A DNA stretch of 64,000 nucleotides from Antedon mediterranea (lineage: Eukaryota > Animalia > Echinodermata): NCBI RefSeq assembly GCF_964355755.1, contig NC_092672.1:5952001-6016000 (forward strand), given 5' to 3'. Of the stretch, positions 38,691-50,904 are shown piece by piece. The notes under the pieces were generated by a model. It searched no databases. It had not been told where the DNA came from and worked only from the letters and a program-made list of their open reading frames with translations. A program made the position numbers and the translations under genes. Each line of letters begins with the position of its first letter. Position 1 is the stretch's first letter.

Positions 38691-40112
38691 TTACACTGCT
38701 ACTGGTTTTTTAGGTTGCTCCTTAGTTTCATTTAGTTTCAGCTTGTCTTCCACATCATTAATAAGTGAATCAACTTCATTCTTGCTTTGTTTAGAGAAGT
38801 AGACAAAACAGTCAATATTCATTCTTTCCTTACAACTGTCTTCAGGTTTTTCTTCAGGTTTTATTTTAAATTCTCCTCCAGTTCCTTCAAATGTTGCCAA
38901 CCATTCTCTTACATCATTGTTGAAATTGCCACCAATTATTATATGATCTGCATTTTCACCATAATTCTCTCTTGTAGACTTTAGGAGATTTTCAAAGTTT
39001 GTGTTTTGTGCATCAGTATCATTTTTCCCTTTCTGGTTATCATGCCATGATATTGCTATTATGGTCTTATTTCCTAATGTTTCTTGATTCTTAATTTGTA
39101 GTCGTAGAATTGTAGATGACTCATAGAATTGTTGAGAAGGTAGTTCTTCAAAGCTGATCTTGTTGAACGTAGTGTCTTTTGCAATAAGGCCTACATCCTC
39201 ATGGTAAGTATGCTCAAAGTCCTCTTCTGGAAACAGTTTAACGGTTGTATTATCTGGTATTTGCTGCAAAAATATTACATCTGAATTTGTAATCGCTTTT
39301 AAGGCTGCAATATCGTTTTGACCCAGTATCTTTTTTCGCACATCTAAAGTAGTCATAGTTAATTTTTGGTCGTCACCAATATCAAACGTAGCAGATACAG
39401 GATTGTGTTTCAAAAACGATATGATATTAATTGAATCTACTTGTGATACTTCAAGATCAGATGAAAATACAAAATAATCAATGTTTTTTTGATAACTTGG
39501 GTTGTTTGTTCGAACTCCTTTTAAATTTTCTGGAGCTTTGACTTTGAAGTTTTCATTCTCAATCAATTTCTCTAAAGGAAGGTTAAAGTCACCACCAATT
39601 ATTACAGGAGCTGCGTCATTTTGTTGGGACATTTCATCAGCAAATTTATAAAGTTCCTTAAGAGCATTTATTTGATCATTACCTTTTGTAGGGGTATCAT
39701 CTTTTTTTTTTTTTTTTCCACCAGACTGTGGTCCATGCCATGATATTGCTACTAGTTTTGTGTGGGGTTCATGGCGATGTCTTAAAAGGAGTGCGCAAAG
39801 TCGAGGATGCTTAATTTCTGTAGTAATTTTAACTTTCTTAAATAATGATCTTTTTACCAGTATGCCTTTGCCGCATTGGAATTCATAAAAAAAATTATGA
39901 TTGTTTCTGTCTTCATCTTTTGATTCTTGTAAAAAGATTATGTCATGTGAGAGTTGCAGTAGATCTAAGGATGATTTAACTGTATTAGGATCTTCTTTGC
40001 CTACATTAAATGTATTTATTTTAAATTTTAATGTGGGAGTATTTCTTAAAGTACAATCTCCTTGAACAGGATTGTGATCAAATTTCACTAAAGATTTTTC
40101 TGCTTCAGCCAT
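38691..40112 (-). CDS. Tandem two-domain EEP (DNase I-like) protein, 473 aa
   Basis: Unit 1: DHNPV..NTFNV..DIIFLQE..AISWHG..IIGGDFN..NIDYFV. Unit 2: KHNPV..TTLDV..DVIFLQQ..AISWHD..IIGGNFN..NIDCFV. In-frame TAA 10 codons upstream of the ATG; candidate 5'-UTR acceptor ttttctcag near 40170. Confidence 0.9.
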   Translation of the reverse strand: MAEAEKSLVKFDHNPVQGDCTLRNTPTLKFKINTFNVGKEDPNTVKSSLDLLQLSHDIIFLQESKDEDRNNHNFFYEFQCGKGILVKRSLFKKVKITTEIKHPRLCALLLRHRHEPHTKLVAISWHGPQSGGKKKKKDDTPTKGNDQINALKELYKFADEMSQQNDAAPVIIGGDFNLPLEKLIENENFKVKAPENLKGVRTNNPSYQKNIDYFVFSSDLEVSQVDSINIISFLKHNPVSATFDIGDDQKLTMTTLDVRKKILGQNDIAALKAITNSDVIFLQQIPDNTTVKLFPEEDFEHTYHEDVGLIAKDTTFNKISFEELPSQQFYESSTILRLQIKNQETLGNKTIIAISWHDNQKGKNDTDAQNTNFENLLKSTRENYGENADHIIIGGNFNNDVREWLATFEGTGGEFKIKPEEKPEDSCKERMNIDCFVYFSKQSKNEVDSLINDVEDKLKLNETKEQPKKPVAV

Positions 40113-41079
40113 AGTGTATATAATGTAATCACAGTAATGTTACTTTATCCATGGAGCATGCTTTATCCACTGAGAAAAATACCATATAATAAAAAAAGAA
40201 ATACTATCAAAATATATTTGCTATATAATTATATAACATAATGAGCTACTTTGTACTTAAGAAAGAATAGGTGATTTTTTTAATGCTTAGAATTGTTCAA
40301 TATAAACAAATATTTAATTTACAAGTTCTCAATTTTTTCCACTGTAGTATTCACCAATTTGGCTTCATCAACTGAAAACTGCAAATGGTAGAACAACCAT
40401 TAATTTTTGTCATGTGCAATGCGGCTCTACAGCTCACTATGTCGGTCGGTTGGTCAGTAAACACTAACTTGAGCACGCGACTGCATCTATCTATATGGCC
40501 TTGTTGCTATTGTTGATACTTTGGTAAGCAATATCTGTCCTATAATGAACAAGACAAGATGGTTATTTAAAACATATTCACTGAGGTAAATGAATCTTTT
40601 ACCAGATATTTGTAAAAATTATTTTAGAACCACAGATGATGTTGCCACTCTTTGGCAAAATCAAGCTATTTGTTTGCCTAGATTAATAAATTACATTACA
40701 TTAAACCTATTACCTCTTTAGTTTTGCACATTTGTTTAGGCGCTACTAGGGTTTAAGAACAGTCTTTACTAATTATTCTGAACATCAGAAACCTATAGTG
40801 ACAAAAGAAAACAAAATTATAAACAAATTATTTTATTCTGGCCATTGATCACAGAAACTATTGGTTTAAAATAAATTAGAGTTTGCTTTAAATTATTGCC
40901 CTCATTCATTTCATTTTTTTTTTTTTTTCAAAACATATTAACCAATTTAACACTACTATCATGAAAAATATGTTTGATTTAAAATGTTGTTTAAAGATTT
41001 ATTGTCCTCCTGAAAACAAAATTCTTAAAACATTATTTGTTAAATATGCCATTTTATTGTCACATAGTTATCCACTCTA

Positions 41080-41240
41080 ATTAATGTACAGCGCTTTTGG
41101 TCTTTTTTAGGAAAGTATTCTGGAAGTATGTTTCCTTGTGTGTTTGATCCAAAAAAATGATTGGGGTAATAATGTTCAGATTGAGAGCTTGCTTATATGC
41201 GCTATATAAGAATGAACTATTATTATTATTATTATTATAG
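41080..41240 (+). mobile_element. 3' end of a SINE/L2-type retroelement inserted in a MITE
   Basis: gcgctatataagaatgaac followed by a (tat)n tail; interrupts a copy of the AGATGTATTGTC MITE. Confidence 0.55.
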
Positions 41241-44029
41241 TATATAGTATCCACATTTACCAAAAAATGGATCGACGGAAAAAAAAGGATTTACCTGAAT
41301 TCAATTCAAAGCAACAAATAGTCAAATTAGTTGCCAGCCAATGGGTTTTGAATTTAATTTGTCATTTTTTTCATTTTTTCCCGCGAAAGTGAATAACAAA
41401 ATAATGTTAAAATATGAACACCAAAAATTATTATGCCATCCTATGACATGAAGTATATTGAAAGTCTGAATTGTGTGTATTTTGTAACGTAGTAGAGTTT
41501 TTTTCATTCCAAGCAGCTAAAACAGATTGAAATATACTCTGTATAGATAAAATTAAGTAACCAATGCTATGATAGATTCATTGAATGCAATTTTGATTTT
41601 GAAAACTTAAATGTGCACATTCGTTGTCATTTTGCAATTAAAGTTTTAAAAAATGAATGAAATTGATTACAGAAGGTATGAAGAACAAAAATCAATTGAA
41701 ATAATGGCATTTTAAATAATTCAGAAATGGAATTGTGTGCAAGGCAAGAGAATATTTTAATTCCATGCCACTAAAGCATGGGAATGAACTCCCAAATGAA
41801 ATCACAACTTAAGCCCTGCGCACACTGTAGCTATCGGCTGAGCCAACTGGCATGAATAACACTTTGCTCACTAAAAAATTTGCCGCTAACTGTGATCGCG
41901 TTCTATTGGACACATACTAAACGCCTTCAGTACGCGATTTTCTGATTGATAATTACTTCATAGTTCATAGTTCATTTTATTTGTCCATACGGAAATTCAT
42001 GTGACATACAATTGCTCAAAGTTAAAAAGTTAATACAATAAAATTACATAGCAACAAAATTCAACGACTTAACTACGGTTATTAAAATGTCTAATTGAGT
42101 ACGCAATAAAAGAATTAAGGAAGGGTTTTGTTCTACAGCGTGTAGCCCTCAAACGCCTTCCAGATCTCAGCCATTGAAAATCACTATAGAGCGGATGACT
42201 CTCATCTTTCATTATGGCAAATGACCTTATCATAAATTTTGACATTACAAACATCATCAAATCTAATGATCTGTTTAGTTATTCTGCACGCCTTATTTAC
42301 TAAACACTTTCCATTACCGACTTATAAAATAGACCTAATATTGTGTTGTCAACATTAAAACGAGTTTAATTTTCTTAAAAAGTACAATCTAGAGTTACCC
42401 TTAGACATGATCGTTTTACAATGTTCACCCCAATTAAGCTTGTTGTCGATTACCATGCCAAGATATTTATATTTGGACACAATATCAATATTAACTTCAT
42501 TGATTTTAACCTGAACATAATCCGGTTGATTAGAACGGTTTCGGAAGTCAAAATTCATTTCTTTAGTTTTACTTTCATTAATATCAATCAATGTATTGAA
42601 TGCAGAGGAAAAATCCACAAAAGTTGCCCTAACATAACATTTCAAATTATCAACATTACTCTGAATCAAATGGACAAGTGTAAGAACAGCATCATCTACA
42701 CACTTGTGTGGTTGGAAAGCAAATTGCAAAGGGTCAAGAAGCGGAGATAAAGGGGCAAAGCACTTCATAACAATAGGGGTAAGTGCTACCAGACGAAAGT
42801 CAATTCAATTGATTAGGGCGGAATCTATCTCTTAGCAAACTCTTTAATTTCTTAGTAGCCCACAGTTTATCATTACCAAACACTTTAATAGTCCTTGTCT
42901 TAACAAATTGTTCTTCACAAAATGTAATATATGCGTTGACAGTATCAACAGAAGCGTCCAAACTTTCAGAGTCAATAAGAGTAAGACTATCTGTGTTGTC
43001 AAAACATGCTCGAAGTACATGAACAGCATCATCGTCCCATATCTTCACTGAATTCTTTAGAGGTTTTTTACTAATAAACCTTTGCTTATAAGATGATAAA
43101 AGGTGGATAACATGATCAGAGTTGCCGATATCAGGAGCGATGTAGCACTTATAAGAATTAGCTACAGAACTATAGCATTGGTCAACAATGTTATCTCCTC
43201 TGGTTGGTTTGTTGAGGCATTTTACGAAATTATGAACATTAGGCGCAGGAGCCCCGGATAGCGTTACGAAGTCGTTAACTCTGTCAGCCCATGGTCAACC
43301 CAACTAATGTGTTTTTCCCAAGGACAACTTATCAATAACTAAACTTTGTCACCACCCATAAGTGTGCTGTTCATTTCCTATTGACCAATGAACACCAATG
43401 TAACTGGACCTGAGTTTCTTGCTATTCGACCTTGGGTGCAAATTATACAATTAATTGATGTTAAGGCCACTGACTACTCTTTTCTGTATAGAAACACTGA
43501 ATTGACTGAATAATAAGAAAACCCTACAATAATTTCTACTACTACTTGATATGGTGTTATACAAGAACTATATTAAAAGAATTGAATGTATGGAGAATGA
43601 AAAGTTAAACGTTATAACTTATATGTAAAACATCACTCATCTATCAGATATATCATTTTCTAAAAATTGTTTCATTAGTTAGAATAGATCACGGAAAACC
43701 AATACCAATACTGATCTGGACTCGGAAATTCAAAATGTAGCAGGCAACGTTTCACCAATGAAAACTTTCAAGACAAACAAAGTATCATAATTATCATGAT
43801 ATCCATTTTTATTTAATAACGATAAATGGATACAGTATAAATATTTCGTCTTTTTTGTTATTTTGTGATGGAAAATATATTGAGTGAACATTGGCACTGA
43901 GCTTAAATGTTCCCCGTCCCCTTAATGTCCGCTTTATAGGAGTGTCCCCTCAGTAAGGATTTGCTGTTTTTCCCCTTAATAATAAATTATGATGTCCATC
44001 TTATCCTCTCAATTTTAATGTGCTACACC

Positions 44030-44216
44030 CGATAATAGAATACACATCTAGCTCGTGTGTACTTTAAAGAACCTAGTACATCTTTCGAGACGAGTGGGGG
44101 GTTACCCCGGTGTATTAGTACATCACAGCCACTGATCACCAACTGGGCCCTCTGGGAGACCAGTCTTTGACTGAAGAGGTTACCCAGTATAAATATATAT
44201 TTCAATTCAATTCAAT
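44030..44216 (+). mobile_element. 5'-truncated Deu/Nin-core SINE
   Basis: tactttaaagaacc..tttcgagacgagtgggggttaccccggtg core as at 2631-2975, with a different 3' part and a (ttcaa)n tail. Confidence 0.65.
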
Positions 44217-45660
44217 AGAATAACTGTACAGTAGGCTCCCATTTGATGCAATGTGTTACCCAATGTGCTCAATTTGATTGTGCTACCCAAATCCATGCTA
44301 TCCATTTGAAATAATTTGCTATCCATTTGAAAGAATGTGCTACCCGATAATCCGTATAGAATAATGTACAGTACAATTATATCCATTTGATTGTGCTACC
44401 TAATGTGCTATCCATTTGAAATAATGTGCTATCCATTTGAAAGAATGTGCTATCCATTTAAAAGAATGTGCTACCCGATAATCCGTATAGAATAATGTAC
44501 AGTACAGTACTATATCCATTTGATTGTGCTACCCAATGTGCTATCCATTTGAAAGAATGTGCTATCCATTTAAAAGAATGTGCTACCCGATAATCCTTAT
44601 AGAATAATGTACAGTACTATATCCATTTGACTGTGCTACCTAATGTGCTATCCATTTGAAAGAATGTGCTACCCGATATTCCGTAGGCTATAGAATAATG
44701 TACAGTACAATTATATCCATTTGATTGTGCTACCTAATGTGCTATCCATTTAAAATAATGTGCTACCCGATAATCCTTATAGAATAATGTACAGTACTAT
44801 ATCCATTTGATTGTGCTACCCAATGTGCTATCCATTTGAAATAATGTGCTATCCATTTGAAATAACGTGCTATTTGAAAGAATGTGCTACCCGATAATCC
44901 GTATAGAATAATGTACAGTACAATTACATCCATTTGATTGTGCTACCTAATGTGCTATCCATTTGAAATAATGTGCTATCCATTTGAAATAATGTGCTAT
45001 CCATTTGAAAGAATGTGCTATCCATTTGAATAATTTTCTATCCATTTGAAAGAATGTGCTACCCGATAATCCGTATAGAATAATGTACAGTACTATATCC
45101 ATTTGACTGTGCTACCTAATGTGCTATCCATTTGAAATAATGTGCTATCCATTTGAAATAATGTGCTATCCATTTGAAATAATGTGCTATCCATTTGAAA
45201 GAATGTGCTATCCATTTGAATAATTTTCTATCCATTTGAAATAATGTGCTACCCGATAATCCTTATAGAATAATGTACAGTACTATCTATTTGATTGTGC
45301 TACCCAATGTGCTATCCATTTGAAATAATGTGCTATCCATTTGAAATAATGTGCTATCCATTTGAAATAGGCCTAATGTGCTATCCATTTGAAAGAATGT
45401 GCTACCCGATAATCATAGAATAATGTACAGTACTATATCCATTTGATTGTGCTACCTAATGTGCTATCCATTTGAAATAATGTGCTATCCATTTGAAAGA
45501 ATGTGCTATCCATTTGAAAGAATGTGCTATCCATTTGAAAGAATGTGCTACCCGATAATCCGTATAGAATGCACAGTACAGTTATATCATAGTTATATCC
45601 ATTTGATTGAGCTATCTATTGTGCTATCCGTTTGAACTAATGTGCTGTCTGTTTGAAATA
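44215..45660. repeat. Satellite with 21-bp subunit (tgtgctatccatttgaaa[t/g]aa) in variable higher-order units
   Basis: Subunit runs are punctuated by cccgataatccgtatagaataatgtacagtac about 10 times. Confidence 0.95.
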
Positions 45661-47629
45661 ATTCAGGTTTTTTTTTTTAAATATGTTTTGCTATCCATTT
45701 TAAACGTGCTAAACAAGTTACATATTTGTTGATATAAATTTGCGGTACACCACGTAGGCCTAGTTCTGAAAAGAACTGTTGAGTTGCTTGACGTTTCGAT
45801 TTAGGCCTACTCCAAAGTCAAAGTCTCCAAAGCTATTCCATCATGTCGTATTCGGGGAATCGCCCACAAGTGTTTTCTCAGAGAAGGGTATGTTCTGTAT
45901 GGGGTTCTGTATGCTATTTGTTAATAATGTACAAAAAATGAAATGAAAAATCATATTAATTATCGGTATGTACGGAGGAAGCTCGAACAAGACGAAGCGC
46001 GAAACAAATAAAAGCGCAGCGCGAAACATCTGAAATGATATACAATTTCTAAAAACATGAAAACACAGAATATATTATATTAATATAACTTTTTAATATT
46101 TCCAAAGGCTCGGACAAGGAAGAAGGGCCTTAAAAAACTGAATTGCTATATGTTAGACCACATTTCCATAACTTTTCAAAACTCATCGAACCCTCTGCTA
46201 GTAGGCCTAATTAATATAGGAGCGTATCGCCAAATCATTAGAGAAAAAAAAACATGGCATAAAGATGTAATTAATCAACCAACGGCCAAAGAATACCAAC
46301 AATTTTAATTTAGGTTTCGATTCGTAATTACTAATGTGGTGGACTAAGCCTAGTTTGAAACTATAGTGACCATTTATTTTAGAAAGAAAGAAAGACAAAT
46401 TTGTTTCCATCTCCATGTTATTGTTAATACCAAGGCACTTTTCAATTAAAAATTCTGGCCTAGTATTCTTGCAAGGTCGTCACAGCTCCAGTTACAAACG
46501 GTGATACAAAGTGTCAATCATTGACCAGTGAACAGCCCACTGGTAGGATAGTCCTTGAAACCGTCCGTAAAACACATTAATCACTCACATCAGTCATGCC
46601 GCTAATGGTTGAAAACCTCACTTTTTGGGGTTTTCAAACGTAACGCTATCCGGGGCTCCTGCGCCTAATGGAGAATTCGACAGTTCTTTATCACAATTAT
46701 ATTAAAATCACCCATATAGACCGGGCGCCCAGAAGATTTATTCATGTGAAAAGCCACAAAAGGTCTGATGGGCTGATTATGTAGATATATGGCCAAGATT
46801 CAATAATCAATATTGCTGCCGGGTCCTATCCTGTAAATTTACCCTGGGGAAACCAAATAGGAGGGGTAAAAAATGGATTTAATCATGTGAAAAGCCACAC
46901 GGATAAAAGTTGTTGGACATTGTTCCCATATGTGTATACAATGTTAAAACAGCAATGACAGCAACTTTATCCTGTAAGTTGCCCGAGACAGTAGCCCCAA
47001 GTGACCACTAAAAAATGGTGTTATTCATGTCAAGAGCCACACGGCAAATTCCTTTTGCATTGCAACTGTAACACATTGGGGTGCACAAAAATATCATTGA
47101 CAGCAACTTTATTCTGTAAGTTGCTCCAAACAGTAGCCCTAGACAGTAGCCCAGAAATGCCCGTTGGGCCATACAACATTTAATCACACGAAGAGCCACA
47201 CGGCCAATTCCTTTTTTATTGGAACTGTTACGTCTTGGGATAGACAAAAATACTCATGACAGCAACTTTATCCTGTAAGTTGCCCCAGTCAGTAGCCCAG
47301 AAATGCCCATTGGGTCCGGGCCTACAAGATTTAATCACACGAAGAGCCACACGGCCAATTCCTTTTTTATTGGAACTGTTACGTCTTGGGATAGACAAAA
47401 ATACACATGACAGCAACATTATCCTGTAAGTTTCCCCAGACAGTAGGCCAAGGCAGTAGCCCAGAAATGCCCATTGGGTCCGGGCCTACAAGATTTAATC
47501 ACACGAAGAGCCACACGGCCAATTCCTTTTTTATTGGAACTGTTACGTCTTGGGATTGACAAAAATACACATGACAGCAACATTATCCTGTAAGTTGCCC
47601 CAGACAGTAGCTCCAGAAAGTAGTAATAA

Positions 47630-50600
47630 GTAGAAACAGAAAAACACACGAAGAAGCATACAATGGGATGGTGAGGTACGTTGAAAATGAAATAATTTGT
47701 AAACGTATACCAAAATATGCCTTTAAAATCATGGATTTGTACAAAGAACAGTATAAAGCAGTCGGAGGTACTGACAATGATATTCGTTCTTTTGCTTATC
47801 AGCCATTAGTTACAAAATTAATGACCACATTTAGAGATAGATTAAATATTAGCAAAGACTCAAACAAGACTGGAAACTTTTTATACCCTGAAGACATGAG
47901 CGTCAATAAAGCTAAATCACGGTTAAAAGACCTCAATGAAAATGATGAAACAATTCAATGTGCGGTTTAGCGCTTCGGTCAGAAATCTTGAAAATGGAAA
48001 AAAAAGAAAAATTCCTTCACCGAAATCTATTCACACAATGAAACAATGTTCACCACTACCACCTCCTGACTAAATTGTTTTATCAAACATTTGTATGTGG
48101 ATTATCTAAAAAATTATGAGAAAAACGCAATCACTGTCACCGGATATTGTTTTTGCAACTTCACGAGGTACTGTCAGGCCCTGGAAGAATACATCGAATA
48201 GGTCTTGGTTTAACCATGGAGAAATAAGTTATTTCTCCATGGTTTCGTATATGCTTGGATCTAAGGGAGCAATCACTATTTTAAATCGCCTTAGTCATAC
48301 AATAAGTTATGATGAATGTAAACGTCTGGAGACCGAAATAGCATACACATGTAGTTGTTCTTTGAGTGAATTGGAGACACCTGCTGGCTTATTGTTGCAA
48401 CCTCTATTGGCTACAGGTAATATAAATATTTTTAATTTAGTGAAAATTATAAATGAAATTAGTAATTAGTATCAATAATCAAGGTGACAAATTGCACAGT
48501 ACATTATGTGTATATATTGATATGTTTTGTTTTTACAGGTACTGCGTGGGACAATTACGATTTAAACATGGAAACCCTGGATGGTAAAAATAGTCTTAAT
48601 GTTACAGTTCGCATTGCGTATCAGAATGTCCTTCAGGGGCAAACCACTGAGATGGAAGGACTGCCGGTCAGTTTGGTCACTGGAAGACCTAGGCGGAAAT
48701 TTGACGGAGCAGAGAAAATAGTACCACTATTTTATTCAAATCTAAAACTTGCCAAGTTTAAATTTGAAGAAAAAGACCAGGAACAAATAAGTGAATCCGA
48801 TGCAAGTTATTCTCTTTAGTTTGGCTAATCTTATCATCTAATTGAAAACTTCCTCTGTTAAATGGCTTTTACTTAACGTTTGTTAACGATCCAAGAAATG
48901 ATGTTGTGCAAGAGACAATGATTCGATCTCTTAAAGTTGCAGATGAGACAAAAATGACGTATCATCCAGTGACGTGGCACTTAAAGCTTTTGATAGACTT
49001 GTAATTTTACTTGGTCACTTTCATATCGAAGTGGCATTTTTTGGAGCGGTTGGAACATACATTTCTGATTCTGGGATCGAATATATTCTAACTGAATCGG
49101 GTATACTGGCAGAGAGGTCACTTAAGACTTTATTTAGTCTTTTCGGTACCCTGAAACTAAAAGTCTTCATTACAGTTTTTGTCCTGTTTCCGGTTCCCGT
49201 GTTGTCCTGTTTTTTGTTTCAGTTTTTATGGGCTGCCTTATACAAGCTTCGCTTTTTTTTAATCTTGCCCCTCTTATTTTAATCATATTTACTGTTAATT
49301 TTATATTCTATGAAAGAAAAGAAGAGAAATAAATGTTACTTTGATTGATTTGATTGATTGATACTGGTTTCATCCATGGTAAATTATACAACCGATGCAC
49401 CAGAATACATCAAATCACTGCTATGGCCTTTGAGAAAGAATTGTTTAAGCGATTCCTGGGTAACTACTCTATGAAAGATGATACTTTACTAAAAAGTGTT
49501 CGAGCAATACCAACGGACGACATAAATGCGCCTAATCAAATTGCCGACAGTGACGAATTCTTAATACTTCTTAATGAATATGAAGAATTTTTACATCGTA
49601 CTATAAAGGGTGAATTTGGCAACACTGCCGCATATTGGGCTATTTACATGTACCTTATCAACCGCTTGTATCGTCAATTCCAGCGTGCAGTAATAACGAA
49701 TGATGTGATTCTGTACATTAATGTACTACCGTATTTGGTTGAAATCTGAACCGGCCAAATTATGCTCGTTGGGGGTCACTTTTAAATGAAGAATTTGGAC
49801 TCTGCAGCATTAGATGTTTTAAAAGCCGGTGCCTTTTCAACACGACGAACGAAAAAACGTAGATCTTACATTAGAGCAAACTGTTAACAGAGATGCTGCG
49901 TCATCGGCAACTGGAAATACAGCTTTTGCGAACTCAGAGAGTGCATTTCGTCGACGGAGAGATAATAATGATGTAGACAAGTTTCTCATTAAGCTAAATA
50001 GTACATGCAATCCATTCGCCACTGATTCACCAACCACATTAGTAAATATTGCTACAGGTATAGCTGTAAATGACATAACTAGTACATATTTGTTGGGAAC
50101 ACTACAGAGAGGAGCCCTATCACGGCAGCTATTTTACAAAGAATGTGTTTCTGACGAAACAAGATTATTAAAGACGGTAAAGCGTATAAAGGTACGCAAT
50201 TTTACTGCTTCAAACATGAAGAAGAAATCGTTAAATGCAACAAAGCTCTTGGTGCAGCTGAAGGTGTTCGTGATGCTTTTGGATACTTGTTATCAAAGAC
50301 CACTACAGATTTGCATTATGTACTAACGATCACTGAAATACCACTAGCTCCATTGCACATTCGATGGTACTCCAACAAAAACAGAGAAGGCAATTTTGGC
50401 GAAGATTTTAGAAACAAGACAATCTGGTTCACATAAGGAAGATACTCCTGCGACCGACACAACTCTCTTTGATGGCGGACTTGTTCTGCATGAAATTTTA
50501 CCTCGTCATAATGTGTCTACATAATGGGAAAACGATTTAAAATCGTTGTAGATATCATGATTAAGGTATGTTCTGACAGTGGAAATTCTGTTCTCATGTT

Positions 50601-50900
50601 GCTGGACAAATATATAGAACAATCAATAAAAGATGTCGAAAGATTAAAGAGAGGTGCAGAGTAGAACGCCAAGAACACATTCATTATAACTGGAGCGGAT
50701 CAACAACAGCAAAAGAAAGGTATAGATCTATTAAAGAATGGAGAATTTAAGGAAGCTCTAGCACAGTTTCTTATAAACGATGTCCAGAATGATCACTATG
50801 GTCCAATAGGTGACAAAACCGTATTCGTGTCACATGGTGGTAAATGTAAATTGTAACTTGATGGGTAAACTTGAAGTTAAGGAGCCTGCCGACGTGCTGT
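47630..50900 (+). pseudogene. Academ transposase plus XPG-like nuclease region, frameshifted
   Basis: Fragments AWDNYDLNMETLDGK, LGHFHIEVAFFGAVG..SGIEYILTESG, GKLYNRCTRIH, NYARWG, DLTLEQTVNRD, LFDGGLVLH and LDKYIEQSIKDVER; phase-1 GT-AG intron at 48417-48538; many stops and frameshifts. Confidence 0.85.
49124..49362 (+). mobile_element. Short retroelement 3' fragment inserted in the transposase
   Basis: Splits ..AERSL|TGFIHGK..; ends with aataaa and a (ttga)n tail. Confidence 0.65.
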
Positions 50901-50904
50901 CGTG

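Larger units (their letters stand above)
43237..46670. mobile_element. Non-autonomous DNA transposon with perfect 32-bp TIR CATTAGGCGCAGGAGCCCCGGATAGCGTTACG
   Basis: Exact inverted match of 43237-43268 with 46639-46670; interrupts the LINE endonuclease; flanks gaa and gag (possible imperfect 3-bp TSD). Confidence 0.88.

Noticed and set aside
38691-40112. EEP ORFs as LINE or Helentron endonuclease remnants
   Set aside because: They have SWHG rather than the LINE-type Y-x-P motif, no adjoining RT or Rep/helicase, and intact frames despite high divergence. A remote transposon origin is not excluded.
45447-45635. ORF with MCYPFER repeats
   Set aside because: Translation of the 21-bp satellite subunit.
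47001-47649. Short ORFs in the Academ arms (also 53195-53825)
   Set aside because: They lie in the repeated TIR modules and appear mirrored on both arms.
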